Shown here: piece by piece, positions 38,277 through 50,740 of the stretch
How the letters are laid out: every line of letters starts with the position of its first letter
How positions within the stretch are numbered: position 1 is the stretch's first letter
Source of the DNA: Octopus sinensis
Taxonomy: Eukaryota
Length of the DNA: 64,000 nucleotides
Reading direction: 5' to 3'
Assembly: GCF_006345805.1 (NCBI RefSeq)
Contig: NC_043000.1
Location: 43,214,001-43,278,000 of the forward strand
The notes under the pieces: model-generated
Told to the model about the DNA's origin: nothing
Seen by the model: the letters and a program-made list of their open reading frames with translations, nothing else
Database searches by the model: none
Program-made: the position numbers and the translations under genes

Positions 38277-39944
38277 TTGAGTGTGCGTAAGTTATTTTTA
38301 CAGTTGTAATTTTGCGTCAGTGTTTGTTTTAACACTTTGTAAATTGTTTTTCTTCTGTTTTTCAGCGGTTTTGCTGGTGGTGCTTTCTCTACGCTTTATG
38401 AAGGGTTAGCCAGGATAATGGCAAAAAGTGAAATGTGTTACTCGGACTTTAGTGGTACTGAGTTGTCTTTTTCAGAGGAAGAACTGATAATGGCGGTTAA
38501 AAAAGGTGGACAGCGAATTAGGTAAAAAGAACTTTGCAAAAGTGACAAAAGAAAAAAAGAAGAGGTGGACTTATCAAATATTGACAAAGACAGTAAAATG
38601 GCGCACAGAGAGGAGCGTGACGTTACGTTGTCAATACCCCAGATGATATTAGAGATGGAAAAAAGATGTTGGTGTATAAGGCATACTCGATAAACGAAAG
38701 AAGACCGGTACATGTGAAAGAGGAGGAAATTGCAAAGGCTTTATGCGCGGTAATGAAAGAGATAAAATATTTAGGAAGGGGAAATTCATACGGAACTATT
38801 GTCCCTTTTAGGACAGAGGAAGTGGCAAGGCAACAGGCAGTGACTACGGCGAGAACAGATAAAGTGATTCTCCTACCCACTTATCTTGAAAGAAAGACTT
38901 CCAAGATTAGGGTAGAAGGAAACCCGCCACATACAGATGTGGCTTGGGTTACGGCAGCGGTCTTACTCGGAAATAAAGAGGAGGTGGCCGTCACCTAGGC
39001 CAGAGAAATAGAAGGAACAAAATGGATGAGCAAGACACTAGACCTAATAGTTCAAGCGGAAGTGTTAAGGCTGAAAGGACTTGTAGAAACGGTGTCGATC
39101 GGAGAGACGATTCTAAGAGTGTGGATGGAGGGAAGAGTCCCTTGTTGTTTTAAATGTGGCCAGATGGGCCACATTAGGGCACACTGTACCACACAGAAAA
39201 CAGAAGAAGGAAAGGGAGCCAGAAAAATACAGGAGATATTGGAGGAAGCGCAGATAAGGAGGAGGTATAGACAGTAGCTGGGAAAAAGAGAAAGAAAGGA
39301 CAGAACGAGATGGAACCCCAAACCGCCCCACCTCACCCACACCAGCTCAGTCCCATTCTCTACCCGCAGACACCAAACCCACCCATTCACCTCCTTTACA
39401 AAACAAAATGAACAAAAGAAAACTAACAGACATCACAGGATTTACAAAAGCCCCCACCCCGTGAGAATTATGTTTGTTGACAAAGGAGGCAGAAGGGGAT
39501 TTGATTTGTGAGCGTGGGAGGTGGAAAACGGCAAAATTCGTGAACATGGAGCGATTCATAAACATTGTAGGCTTGCAAATTGTGTGTACTGGTGACTCAA
39601 AGCCAAAATGATTAGATATCCAAATATAAAAAAAGGAGTTAAATATTGGAGACTGTACGCGGATATAAAAAAAATATACCGAATATTTCGAAGTACAATG
39701 ACTTAATAAAGGAACATGGATTGGACTATTAAGAGACGCACATTATACATTGTTAAAGGAAGAAATGAGGCTGCTTGGTGGGGCAAGTAGTTTATTTTCA
39801 TATTCCCTTCATTGCTATCATGCATGTACATCATACGTTTTTAATTTTCATTTTTATATTTATTTAATTGCCTGTATTATTTTTGTATGTCCCCACATCT
39901 GTTGTACTAATATGTGTATACTCTTTATGGGAAATAAAGAAATA
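38277..39944 (+). mobile_element. ORF1-only (HAL1-like) Tx1 derivative, 1668 bp, with 18-bp TSD, inserted in a SINE2 head
   Basis: TSD AGAATC(A/G)TTACCGCGCCG at 38259-38276 and 39945-39962. T-rich 5'UTR, degenerate ORF1, tail ...CTCTTTATGGGAAATAAAGAAATA. Right flank continues as SINE2 (AAAATGCTTAGTGGTATTTCGTCTG..TTCTGAGTTCAAATTC). Confidence 0.85.
38418..39500 (+). pseudogene. Degenerate Tx1-type ORF1 with CCHC zinc knuckle
   Basis: YLGRGNSYGTIVPFRTEEVARQQ..VILLPTYLERKTSKIRVEG..CFKCGQMGHIRAHC; frameshifts and stops present. Confidence 0.85.
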
Positions 39945-40110
39945 AGAATCGTTACCGCGCCGACAAAATGCTTAGTGGTATTTCGTCTGACCTTACGTTC
40001 TGAGTTCAAATTCTGCCGAGGTTGACTTTACTCTTCATCTCTCGGAATCGATAAAATAGGTCCTAGTTGATCACTGAGATCGATCAAAGTGACTTAGCAC
40101 CAAATTGCAG
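39945..40110 (+). mobile_element. SINE2 remainder (target of the 38277 element)
   Basis: Continues the SINE2 head and core after the TSD; its head start is the degenerate 38240-38276. Confidence 0.75.
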
Positions 40111-41512
40111 TATGTTTAAACAACACTTTATTTAAATGCATTTAGAGCGAAGTACGTTCCAAACAGACGTTATTACTTATCACTTGGAGAGGAATATTTT
40201 CTAATGACAAGTTAATGTTTAGTATTTAACGCATGTTAGAATATTTTTCGGCAAGATTGCATTATGAATTCGGACTAAAATTTATCACATTTTCTGGCAA
40301 ACAAATCGAATATTTTAGATCGAAATTTACTGTCGAAAGCTAGGACGACATATATACAAAAAAAAACAACACTATAGGAAAACAAAATTTACAAACATTG
40401 CTGTAGAATTTGGGAAGATTCTGCCCATATAACATTACTATAAGAGTTTTTGCCTTGAGTCCCACGAGTAGCCTTCAAATTCTTTTATCGCAAAAGGTTT
40501 TTGAATCCAACATTTACATGCTATTATATGTAATTCAACGGGTGTGCTTCGAGATTTTCCCCACGAAAAACGATTTCATGTTTTTTCGCAAGTGGGGTAG
40601 TAGGTGTTACGAAAGGCATCCACCCGTAAAAATAATGCCAAAGCAGACAGTGAAACCTGGCGCAATCTTCTGCTTAGTCAGCCTCTGTGAAAATGTAAAA
40701 TGGACATTAAATAATTATGATGACGAATATGTATGTATGCATGTATATATATATATAAATTATAATGGAGAAAGCTACTTATTAATTATGTAAAAATTAC
40801 TAAAGGTACGAAAAGAAAGCAATATTAAAAAGCTTGTATGTCTGGAAATATTTTTATAAATTCATGTTCCAATACATATCCTGTAATTTCGATGAATTTT
40901 TGAATTCCATATTCTCGCAAATTCAAATATTCATTGCATTCACTGCGTTCAATTCTTCATAAATTTAAATGTTCACTGCGGAGTAGATTTTAATGTTTAA
41001 TAATAAACAATATTAATTCGTTGCAGGCGATATTTTACATTTTTATTTGCAACAGTCTCTCATTCTCTCTCACCTCAATTTTCATTAATGATAATTTAAT
41101 AATATAGGCGCAGGAGTGGCTGTGTGGTAAGTAGCTTGCTAACCTCACTGACAGAAGAGTGACTTTGCCTACCGTACTACGGTTTGGACGCGTTTTCTTC
41201 CCGGTAAGAGTTTTGCTGTGTTGTTAATTGTTGAATTCCTACTACTGAAAATTTGCCTTTAAACGTTGCTGAACTGTCTTGTTCTCCGGTTTTACCGGGA
41301 AATAATTGAATAATTTCTTACCGTTGAACTGTTAGCCTCTGTGGCTTTTTATTTACGTGACTATATGTAGTCCTGCCAGACTATTTTCGTGCCCCTCCCC
41401 CGAATGGGGGTGGGAATTGGAATTTTTGAACTGCTTTTTTGAACTACTTTGGAAGAAAAACTTTCTATAGGTTTCCCAGTTTTGTGGGAAACCAATACTC
41501 GTAATTTTTGTT

Positions 41513-42937
41513 TTGTCTAATTTCAACAGAATAATGTCTGTTGAAATTATTCACGAAAGTAGTGCTCTTGAGAAGAGCAATGTTAAAAAAATTTCTGAGG
41601 TAGCCGCAGTGGCTACCGAGAACATTGACATCGATGTCAACCAGCTCGTCGAGCTATTTAAAAGAATGCAAGAGGAGGGTGGTGATGTTAAAATATCACC
41701 CTCCGCCAGTATCGTGGAGACCGAGAAGCAGACCGTAGTGTTTAAAACTTTCTGTCCACAAAGCAGAAGGTTCAAACACTTTGAAAAAAGCACCATCGAG
41801 AAACGCCTGTCCCCGATTTGGAAGGACATCGTGTACGTCGCCAGGGGACGGGCATATGGCACTGTGGATGTCCGCTTCTCGGGGGAAGAAATGGCCCGCG
41901 GGCATTCTGTGAGCCCCCTAAAAACCAAGGAGGTGGTACTTTTCCCAAGCTATAGGGGACGCAGGACGTCCCGGGTCAGGATTGTAGAAGCCCCGCCGGA
42001 AGTAGATCCGGTAGAGGTAGTGGCCGCCCTGTTATATAAAAGGGCGGACAAAATAAAAATACTAGAAGTAACATGCTCTACCCCTCGATTTTGGCTCGGG
42101 CGTAACATTAATATATTAATTCAAGGAACAGCGGAGGACCTGCAGCTCCTTCCTGAGAGGGTGCTCGTGGGCGAGAACGTAGCCCTCAGGGTACAGGTCG
42201 AAGGCCGAAAACCCACCTGTTACGCCTGCGGCAAAAAGGGCCACATTCGTATAGACTGTCCAGACAAGCAAAAGAAACCGCAGACACCAGGCCCCTCAGA
42301 TAATAAAAAAGTCCCTAGCCTTGCAAACACACCTACCCCTACAAAAACAAAAAATCCCACTCCCGCTGTTACGGTGCCAATCCCAAAACAGACTGAAGGA
42401 AAAACCCAGCCCACGCACTCACAAACCCCTACAATATTAAAACCTCCCACCCCCCTAAAAACTGCGGCGCCTACCGAACAAACTATTGCTACCCCAGACG
42501 ATACCATGGAGGTATCAGAGGGGGGATTTACACCAGTTCGTAAAAGAATTCGTGCAGCATCCCCGTCCACATCCCCTACAAAAAATAATAAAAACAAAGA
42601 CACACCACAGACACGGAAAAAAAAATCCCGCTCAACTGGCCCAGAAAAAGAAGACAAAAAAGAAAATGAACTCATATTAATTGAATTCGACACACAAGAC
42701 AAATACATAAACGATATTGTGGTTCAGCATCAGTCAGCAAGACTGTACAACAAATACAAAGATCGAAATAGACACGCGTGGATTGCGGAAACAACGTTCA
42801 AACAATTAAAAGACAGACACCCAAACGCCATCCGGCATATCGCGAACTTGCCGGACTATCTGAAGAAAGAGGAGAAAGAAGGGGCCCACAAACGTGTGGT
42901 GAGGTCGGCCCCCACCTCTCCAACGAAATGTAAGTAG
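41513..42937 (+). CDS. Tx1-A ORF1 (Gag-like nucleic-acid-binding protein, CCHC knuckle, Pro/Thr/Lys-rich region); likely ATG near 41535
   Basis: Intact 474-codon ORF with CYACGKKGHIRIDC, ending 17 bp before ORF2. Confidence 0.9.
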   Translation: MSNFNRIMSVEIIHESSALEKSNVKKISEVAAVATENIDIDVNQLVELFKRMQEEGGDVKISPSASIVETEKQTVVFKTFCPQSRRFKHFEKSTIEKRLSPIWKDIVYVARGRAYGTVDVRFSGEEMARGHSVSPLKTKEVVLFPSYRGRRTSRVRIVEAPPEVDPVEVVAALLYKRADKIKILEVTCSTPRFWLGRNINILIQGTAEDLQLLPERVLVGENVALRVQVEGRKPTCYACGKKGHIRIDCPDKQKKPQTPGPSDNKKVPSLANTPTPTKTKNPTPAVTVPIPKQTEGKTQPTHSQTPTILKPPTPLKTAAPTEQTIATPDDTMEVSEGGFTPVRKRIRAASPSTSPTKNNKNKDTPQTRKKKSRSTGPEKEDKKENELILIEFDTQDKYINDIVVQHQSARLYNKYKDRNRHAWIAETTFKQLKDRHPNAIRHIANLPDYLKKEEKEGAHKRVVRSAPTSPTKCK

Positions 42938-42954
42938 AACTTTTACTTTTTGTA

Positions 42955-45900
42955 ATGGCTTCGCTTAACCTTGGTTGTTTAAATGTGCGTGGTCTGAGTT
43001 CGAAGTGGAAGCAGGCTTGTTTCCTCGACGACCTCAGATCACATGATATACATGTGATGGTTGCTACAGAGACCAAGCTGGACAGCCTACAAACCTTCTC
43101 GCCTCTCCTGAATGGCTACGAGAAAATCATGTCTCCTGGCCAGACCGGAGGGCGAGGGGGCGTAGTGGTACTGATCCGTAAAGACTTGACTCTACAGACA
43201 AGTACAGTCTATGTAGACCCAGAAGGTGGGCTGGTCGTCCTTGATGTGACATACAGCAGTAAGGCCTTCAGGTTGATCGGACTCTATGCACCTTGTGCTA
43301 GAGGTTTCCAAACTGATTTTTATCGGCGCCTAGAGGGCTTTCTCGTGACGTCGAAGACTTTAGTGATATTAGGGGACTTTAATGCTATCGTTGACGTACA
43401 CATCGATAGCGTTGGCTCGATCTATAGGAAAGGGAACTCACGTCCCGTGGATCTGCTTAAGCGGTTTCAGCTAGCAGATCGTTTCAGACTTGACCATCCG
43501 AACGTCCTAGAGTGGACCTGGATGAGTGGCGACGGAAGGTTCAAGTCTTATCTAGACAGGATAGTGATAAGAACTAGAGATAAGTCTAGTTTTAGTTGTC
43601 CACAGCTCGTCCAGGTGCCCTATACTGACCATAGAATGGTCACGTGTAGACTGGACATAGATAGCACACTTAAGATAGGAACCGGCTACTGGAAGCTGAA
43701 CAAGTCTATTTTGACACGCGAGGCATACCGTAGCCGGATTAAGGTGTTAGTGCAGAGGGCGTTAACCGGAGCCGTGGTTAATAACCGGTGGTGCTTCACC
43801 CTCAAAAGAGCCATTCGATTCGAGTCCATTAGATTTAGGAAACAACTAAGACTAGATGGGGCTAGAATAGAAGGGCAACTAGTTAAGAACTTAGAGGAGG
43901 CGTTGAGGTTGGGTTCTGCATCTCACATTTTAGCGGCGAGAACGGCATTAGACCGTCACCTCAAATCCAAACATGAGGGATGTAGAGTCCGGGCTAAAGT
44001 ACGAGCATTGGGCCGTGAGGGAATTAATGTTGCCGGATGGGCCCGTACGATAGAAACACAGCGTGGAAACGATGCCACAATTGGGTCTGTTGTTGATGAA
44101 AACGGATGCACGATCAAGAAGCGGGACGAGATGTGTGAGGCACTTCACAAGCACTTCGCCGAGTTGTTCGGGAGGTGCGGGACGCTGGATCATGGTGAGG
44201 CCCTTAGGGACTTCCTGTCTGGTGGCCCGCGCCTCTCGACACGAGAGGCTGAGTGCTGTGAAGGGCCAATCACAGCCGAGGAAGTAATCGAGGTGTTGGG
44301 CAAGTGCCCCGAGGAGAAGTCGCCGGGTCTCGATGGTCTGCCCTATGAATTTTATAGAAGTATGCCAGACTTGTTCGGGCACCTGCTGGCTAGCGTCTAC
44401 GCCAACTGGCAGCAGAATGGGAGAATTCCCAAGTCTGCGAGCCGGGGGGCGGTGACGTTGATCAGGAAGGACCCGAACAATGGGGACGAGATAGAGAACT
44501 TCAGGCCCATAACTCTGTTAAACACAGAGTTAAAGATTCTGGCCAAGGTGCTAGCAAAAAGGTTGGCGCGGGTCGTGGACAAACATGTCGGGGAAGCGCA
44601 AACGTGCACTATCCCCGGCAGAACGATCCACGACAATCTCCACCTTATACGCTACTCCTTAGAGAGGGTGGGGAAGCTTTCTGGCGCAGGGGGAGCACTG
44701 GTACATTTAGACCAGTCCAAAGCATTTGATAGGGTCGACCATCGGTACCTGGCGGCGGTCCTCGGAGAGGCTGGCCTAGGCCCGACCTTTCGAGGTTGGA
44801 TCGCTGCTTTGTATAGCGACATCGAGTCTGTAGTCAAGGTGAACGGTTCCTTTTCGAAGCCGTTCAGGATCGAGCGCTCAGTTCGTCAAGGGTGTCCCCG
44901 GTCGGTTTGCAACTCGGCACCTGGAGGGGCAAGCCGATGCCGTCCAATAACGTCGTAGGGCGTTGGACGGAAGGTCCTGTTAAGCTGCTCGGAGTCTGGT
45001 TCGGGCCAGACCTCCAGATTGAGAAAAATTGGAGTGAGGTGGCCAACAAGGTGACCGCTCTAACCCAGACCTGGTCTGGGCGGGCGTTATCCCTGCTAGG
45101 GAAGGCGGAGGTGGTGCAGATGTTTATAGCATCAGTAATCACCTACCGTCTGACCGTGGTGCCTTGCCCCGATTTGTGGCTGAACAAGTTGGAGAGAATC
45201 CTTTTCCGATTTTTGTGGAAAGGAGGAAAGCCACTTGTAAAGCGCTCTGTCTGCTGCCAGAAACCGCTAAAGGGTGGGCTAGGGATGCCTTGGCTGAGGA
45301 TGCGAAAACTCGCGTTAAGGTTGAGGCACCTCTGGATGGAGAGCAGGTGTGGTCGCCGCACGTCCGGTTCTACCTTCCCCAGTTAACATCCCTAACGGAC
45401 ATCGGTGCATGGATCAAGCGGAGACCTAAACTGAGTGAATGGCATTTGGAGTGCCGTCAGGCGTTCCAGCTACTATCTCGGGTGGGCAACGCCGGCAGGA
45501 GTTCCACCACGGATTTCTATAGCGGGTTAGTGGAGATTAAGTCCGAAGACGCCTTGGGGGAGACCCTGGGCTACGATGAAAATCAGTTGATCAACCTGTT
45601 CCGGAGGACGTTCGGGCAGGGGTATCTGGATAATTACCAGAAATCCCTAGCCTGGCAGTGTTTCCGTGCGGCTTTACCTGTTCGCGACATGCTGTCAAGG
45701 CACGGTAGTGCCGTCTAGCCGACATGCCCGCGATGTGAGCAGGATAGGGAGACCGTCTTGCACGCATTCGTGGAGTGTCCGGAGTTATCGGGACTGATAG
45801 CTTTTGTTGAACAACTGTTGTCAGTGATGGGAAGAGTACAGCTATCAGCTGAGTCTATCATCGAGATTGTGCCGCCCCCTTTCCTTAACAGGGAAAGAAA

Positions 45901-46126
45901 GGCTTGTTTTTTCTGTGTAGTAGCCATACTGAAAGAAACAGTATGGAAGACGCGTACGAAAGGTATAGTAACAGGCACCTTTGTCTCCGGCCAGGGGTTG
46001 ATTAACTTTTTTAGTTACCACCTCAGTAGCAAAATCAGGCTGGAGAAGAGGTGTCTGTCACGAGATATGTTTGTGAAAAGATGGAAGCCTGTGGCATACA
46101 AGATGGGTATGTTTGGCACCAGGTAA
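42955..46126 (+). pseudogene. Tx1-A ORF2: intact APE endonuclease, RT broken by a 217-bp deletion that removes YADD, further frameshift and stop
   Basis: LNVRGL, ETK, LYAP, ILGDFNA, SYLDRI and TDH endonuclease motifs. Deletion junction 44899/44900 equals 4278-4494 of the sister copy; 10-bp deletion near 45333; TAG at 45716-45718. Confidence 0.93.
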
Positions 46127-46503
46127 GTGTGACCGGATCAGAAAGTAAAGGTTCTACCCGGATGGCTGGGTGTCCGTCCTTCGACATGATCATTAATATT
46201 TTTAAACATTGCCTTCGTAAAATTCATTGTTTATAATCTTATCCGTAATTTCATTCGAAAATTGTAACTGTGTTAAGCTACTTCACCCTTTATATTTGTC
46301 TGTCCTTGTTTGTCCCCTCTTTGTAAATGCCTAAATGGCAAATTATATGAAATAAAGTAGCTTGCTAACCAACCACATGGTTCTGGGTTCAGTCCCACTG
46401 CGTGGCATCTTGGGCAAATGTCTTCTGCTATAGCCCCGGGCCGACCAATGCCTTGCGAGGGGATTTGGTAGACGGAAACTGAAAGAAGCCTGTCGTATAT
46501 ATG

Positions 46504-46545
<42 letters not shown>

Positions 46546-46749
46546 GTATGTGTGTGTATGTGTTTGTGTGTTTACGTCCCCGATACTTAGCGGTTCGGCA
46601 AAAGAGACCGATAGAATAAGTACTGGGCTTACAACAAATAAGTCTCAGGGTCGATTTGCTCGACTAAAGGCGGTGCTCCAGCATGGCCGCAGTCAAATGA
46701 CTGAAACAAGTAAAAGAGTAAAGAGTAAAGAGTAATAGGTATATAACTT

Positions 46750-48555
46750 TCATACGAGGCACAGTTTTAAGAATATTAACAATTTCAGGAGTTTGTTAAA
46801 TGACTATTCTTGATAAAATGATAACTTTTCAATATACCACTATAATTTTTAAGTGACTTTGTTTTGAATGAATGCATGCTATTACACAAAATAGCTGTAT
46901 AATTTTGATACGAGGCACAATTTAAAGAACATTATCAGTTTCCGGAGTTTGTTAAAAAGATATTTTTGATAAAATGAAAATTCTTTAATACATCAGTATA
47001 ATTTCTTTTTTAAATAAAGAAGAGATTTTGTTGGTAGTGATGCTTCGAACGCTATAAGTCTTACAATAATAACAAGGTGATTGCTGCTCTTTCTAGCACT
47101 CCAAACAAGAAAGTTTTTAACGAGATTTCACTTACATGTTTTTTTTTCATTTAATGTTTGAAATGTTCTCTCTCCCCACTCCCTCTCTCACACACACGCA
47201 CACTTACACTGTCTCTCTAATATAAATACACACTCCAGGTTTGATTTCATTATTACACAAATATCGCATTTGAATTCTGCAATTCAACATGGGGCATAAA
47301 AAAATGCGACTGCAAAAGAAAATTTAGCATCAAAGGCACAACGGCAGTGAGAAATACGGGCAACTGAATCAGATGAAACCAGAGAAAGCAACTGAAACTG
47401 ATGAAACCAGGGCAAAGTGACGGAAGCATGTTTGAATATGTATGGAGACATAGTCATGATTCTGTTTCCGCTACACATGACCGGCTGGTTAACGGTATCT
47501 CGAGAGGAGAATATTGGTGTCAGATCACAAATTGTTGATGCAACACTAAAGGGATATTTTGTTTTTTGGTGGCGGTGGGGAAATGATGTAGAAGTAGTGA
47601 AACTGACAACCAATCTAAGACTTCTTACAGAACGTCATTCTGATGAAAGAGAGTTTGCTACTTACCTTCTTGATGTAGGAAATAGTAACATTTGTTTTGA
47701 ACCAAGCCTAGGTGAATTCAAAATCAAACTACCCAATGGTCTTTGCCTTGAAAGTGATATTCTTTCAGAGCTATTGGTTTTGCATATGCTGACCTCACAA
47801 ACCCTGTGTGGCTTGCGAATAGAATCATTGTTACTCCAACAAATGAAGCAGCACAATTTGTGAATGATTTTCTGTTCACAAGGATCCTTGGTGAGCTAAA
47901 AATATACAGAAGCTCAGGTACAGTTCATAATGAAACTCTGTATCCAATCGAGTTCATCAACAAACTTGGACCATCAGGGTTTCCAGCACACATTCTCAAA
48001 CTGAAGAAAAAATGCTGCATAATGCTTCTGAGAAATTTAGATGCTACTAATGGACATTGAAATAGGACACGCTACGTCGTTGTCAGTTTACATGATCATG
48101 TTATTGAGGCTGAGGTTGCTCCTAGTTCTTATGAAAGATCAACTCTGCTAATCTCAAGAATACCATATGTATCTCAAGAAATGGATTTTCCATTCACATT
48201 TACATGCAAACAATTTCCTGTCCAACCAGCTTTTGGCTTGAGGTGCAGGGACAGATTTTTGAAAAAACTGGAATATATCTTCCCACACAATTCTTCTCAC
48301 GGGGTCAGCTACATTATGTAGAGTTCAAAAGATGGCTAATGTAAAACTATTGACTGAGAGAAATGGAAACAGTATGATTACTGAGAATTGTGTCAAGAAG
48401 GATATACTACTTTGAAGCAAAATATGCTTTTGAGCAAATTTCAGTAAATAGAATTAACACATGAATTATATGTAAGGTAACATATATTTTGAAAGATTAA
48501 ATTGTTTTGGCATATTTCAACACATGCCGGATGAATAATATCACTATATTAAATC
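46750..48555 (+). mobile_element. Helitron fragment (PIF1-like helicase C-terminal relic ~47420-48300)
   Basis: KLTTNLRL..FATYLLDVGN, WLANRIIVTPTN, SGFPAHILKLKKKCCIMLLRNLDATNGH*NRTRY, RIPYV..FPFTFTCKQFPV. A ~100-bp unit is duplicated at ~46755 and ~46910. Boundaries approximate. Confidence 0.82.
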
Positions 48556-49184
48556 ATTTTAAATTTGGGTATATATGAAATAGTAAGGAAACGCCATTCC
48601 CATGTGCTCGTGCAGCACCAGACTTTTGTGTGTGTGTGTGTGTATGTGTATCCATCCATCCATCAGTCCATCCGTCCGTCCGTCCGACCGCCTGTCTGTC
48701 TGTCTGCCTGTTTGCCTTTCAGTCTATTTGTCTGTCTGTTTGTTAATCTATCTATCTATCCATCTATCTATGCACACCTATGTAAGTTCTATCAATTATT
48801 AATGATAAATATATATAACAGGTATATATCTGTCTGTTAATATCATTATACATGAATTGACTACTTACCGCATTCTAAGACGGACCATTTACGTTCTTCC
48901 GACTGATTTGGAGTACCTGATTCATTCTACACATTTCATTATATTTATTTATTTATTTATATTCATTGTGAGTATCAAAGTCTCAGTTGTATGCTACTAA
49001 ACTTCTTGATCGACATTTAACTGAGTCATAAATTTAACCGAGGAGTTTATATTGTCCAGTGTTACTGAAATTATACATATATAATAATATTCCGTTAAAG
49101 TGTCGATGCAAGGAAATAGTATTATGCAGAAAACGGGGTGCTCATTCAATCTCCTATGTATATATATATATGTCCACATTCAAA

Positions 49185-49392
49185 ATGTGACCGCGTGCGT
49201 ACCGTTGGCGACTTTTTTCCTCTGTCTTCCCTTCTCTGGATCTTTTCTTTTCCAATGTTTCCGACGAAGAGCTCCGCTCGAAACGTTAGACCCTCCTTCT
49301 TTCCTTCTTTCCTGAGCGTCCAATAATACTATATTTGTTCCACGTCCTCGCGTTGTTGTGTTTTTTTCTGCTTTCTTGTTTGGATTAACTTT
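49185..49392 (+). mobile_element. Hammerhead-bearing short repeat, copy B
   Basis: CCGACGAAGAGCTCCGCTCGAAACGTTAGAC at 49261 (core U4 changed to C); shares its body with copies A and C. Confidence 0.75.
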
Positions 49393-50519
49393 ATATATAT
49401 ATATATGTATGTGTGTATGTATGTATGTATCTATGTATGTACGTATGTATGTATGTATGTATGTATGTATATATATATATGCATATTTATATATATATAT
49501 ATGCGTGTGTGTGTGAGTGTGGAATTGTGTTTGTGTGTATGAGTATGTATGTGTGTGTTTGTGTCTGTACATGTGTGTATATCTGTGTGTGTATTATAAT
49601 ATATATAACAATGCACCATTGTCATTGAAGTGTTTATTGAAATATATTGAATTACCCGCAAGTCTAATAATAAAAATTCTAATACTGAGCCTTTGATACC
49701 AACGATATCATTAATGCCATTTCTTGTTTTTACTCATTAACCTTTCTTTCTCCCTATCTAAATTTAAAAAAATTTCTCTTCTTCTTAAATGCCTTTTTCT
49801 GATTGCTGGTTTTCCACTGTTAATGATATAAAATATTTCGCGGTCCTTTTATGTCTGTAGAACAGAGTCTATTAAGTTAGTTAAGGAATTCCTTATATCT
49901 TTTCATCAAATTTCTAACTGAATCCTCTTCCAAGAAACTGAAGCATAAAAAGGTTGTGCTCCTTCAAACGTTGAGAAATTCCTGCTTAACAGTTTTCTAA
50001 TGGTGTATGATACACTAATGTACTTATTTTTTATACATTTGTTTACTATATAGTTTTTCAGAATTATTGGTACATATCATCACCTACCAGCTTTTCAAAG
50101 ACTATTAGATATTCTATAATCACCCTCCTTAAGACACACATTCAAATTTTACTTTGCTTATAGCTATACTCTGCTGTATTATATCATCAAACATTTTAAA
50201 GTCATCATTGTTGATAAATTACACTTTTGGTTAGCAAAATCGCATTAGTATGGAATATAACATATATTGAGCTTCATAGAAGATAATTGTTCACAAAACA
50301 AAAATTATAAAATTAAATGAATACATTTCATTAAAGCGAGATATATGCAGTATTTATTTATTCATACTTTCCACTTACTTCATCTGACTTCCAAATATAG
50401 ATCTTTCTACAAATTACTTTAGATTACAGAAAAACAGAACTCAGAATTATAAATGAAAACGGTATTAATTTCCCTGATTGAAGTTGCATCACTATTGCTT
50501 CACATACTTAATCTTAACA

Positions 50520-50740
50520 TTAATGTGAGCTGGCAACTTCGTTAGAATTCAGGGCAAAATACCTAGCGGTGTTACCTCCATTTTTACCTTTTGAGTTCAA
50601 TGACGCCGGTGTTGATATTGTCTTTCATCTTTTTGGGTTCGATAAAATAAGTATCAGTTGATCAGTGGTGTCAGTTCAATTACATCGACTTAGCCCCTCT
50701 CCGGAAATTCCTTGCAATGCGTCCAAAATTTGAAACCAAT
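50520..50740 (+). mobile_element. Old SINE2 copy with a non-Tx1 tail
   Basis: GTGAGCTGGC..TTTTGAGTTCAA..GATAAAATAAGTATCAG..ATCGACTTAGCCCCTCTCC..AAAATTTGAAACC. Confidence 0.6.

Larger units (their letters stand above)
41145..46354 (+). mobile_element. Near full-length Tx1-A non-LTR retrotransposon (~5.2 kb), defective ORF2
   Basis: Perfect 16-bp TSD AAGTAGCTTGCTAACC (41129-41144 / 46355-46370); 5'UTR, ORF1, ORF2 (APE-RT-ZnF), 3'UTR ending GAAATAA. Confidence 0.95.
41104..46735 (+). mobile_element. SINE1 split by Tx1-A (head 41104-41144, remainder 46355-46735)
   Basis: Same architecture as 3252-6410; different unique flanks on both sides. Confidence 0.9.

Noticed and set aside
42220-42708. 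Antisense ORFs overlapping Tx1 ORF1 and ORF2 (also 3326-3760 and 43948-44382)
   Set aside because: Shadow frames of GC-rich coding sequence with no independent motifs.
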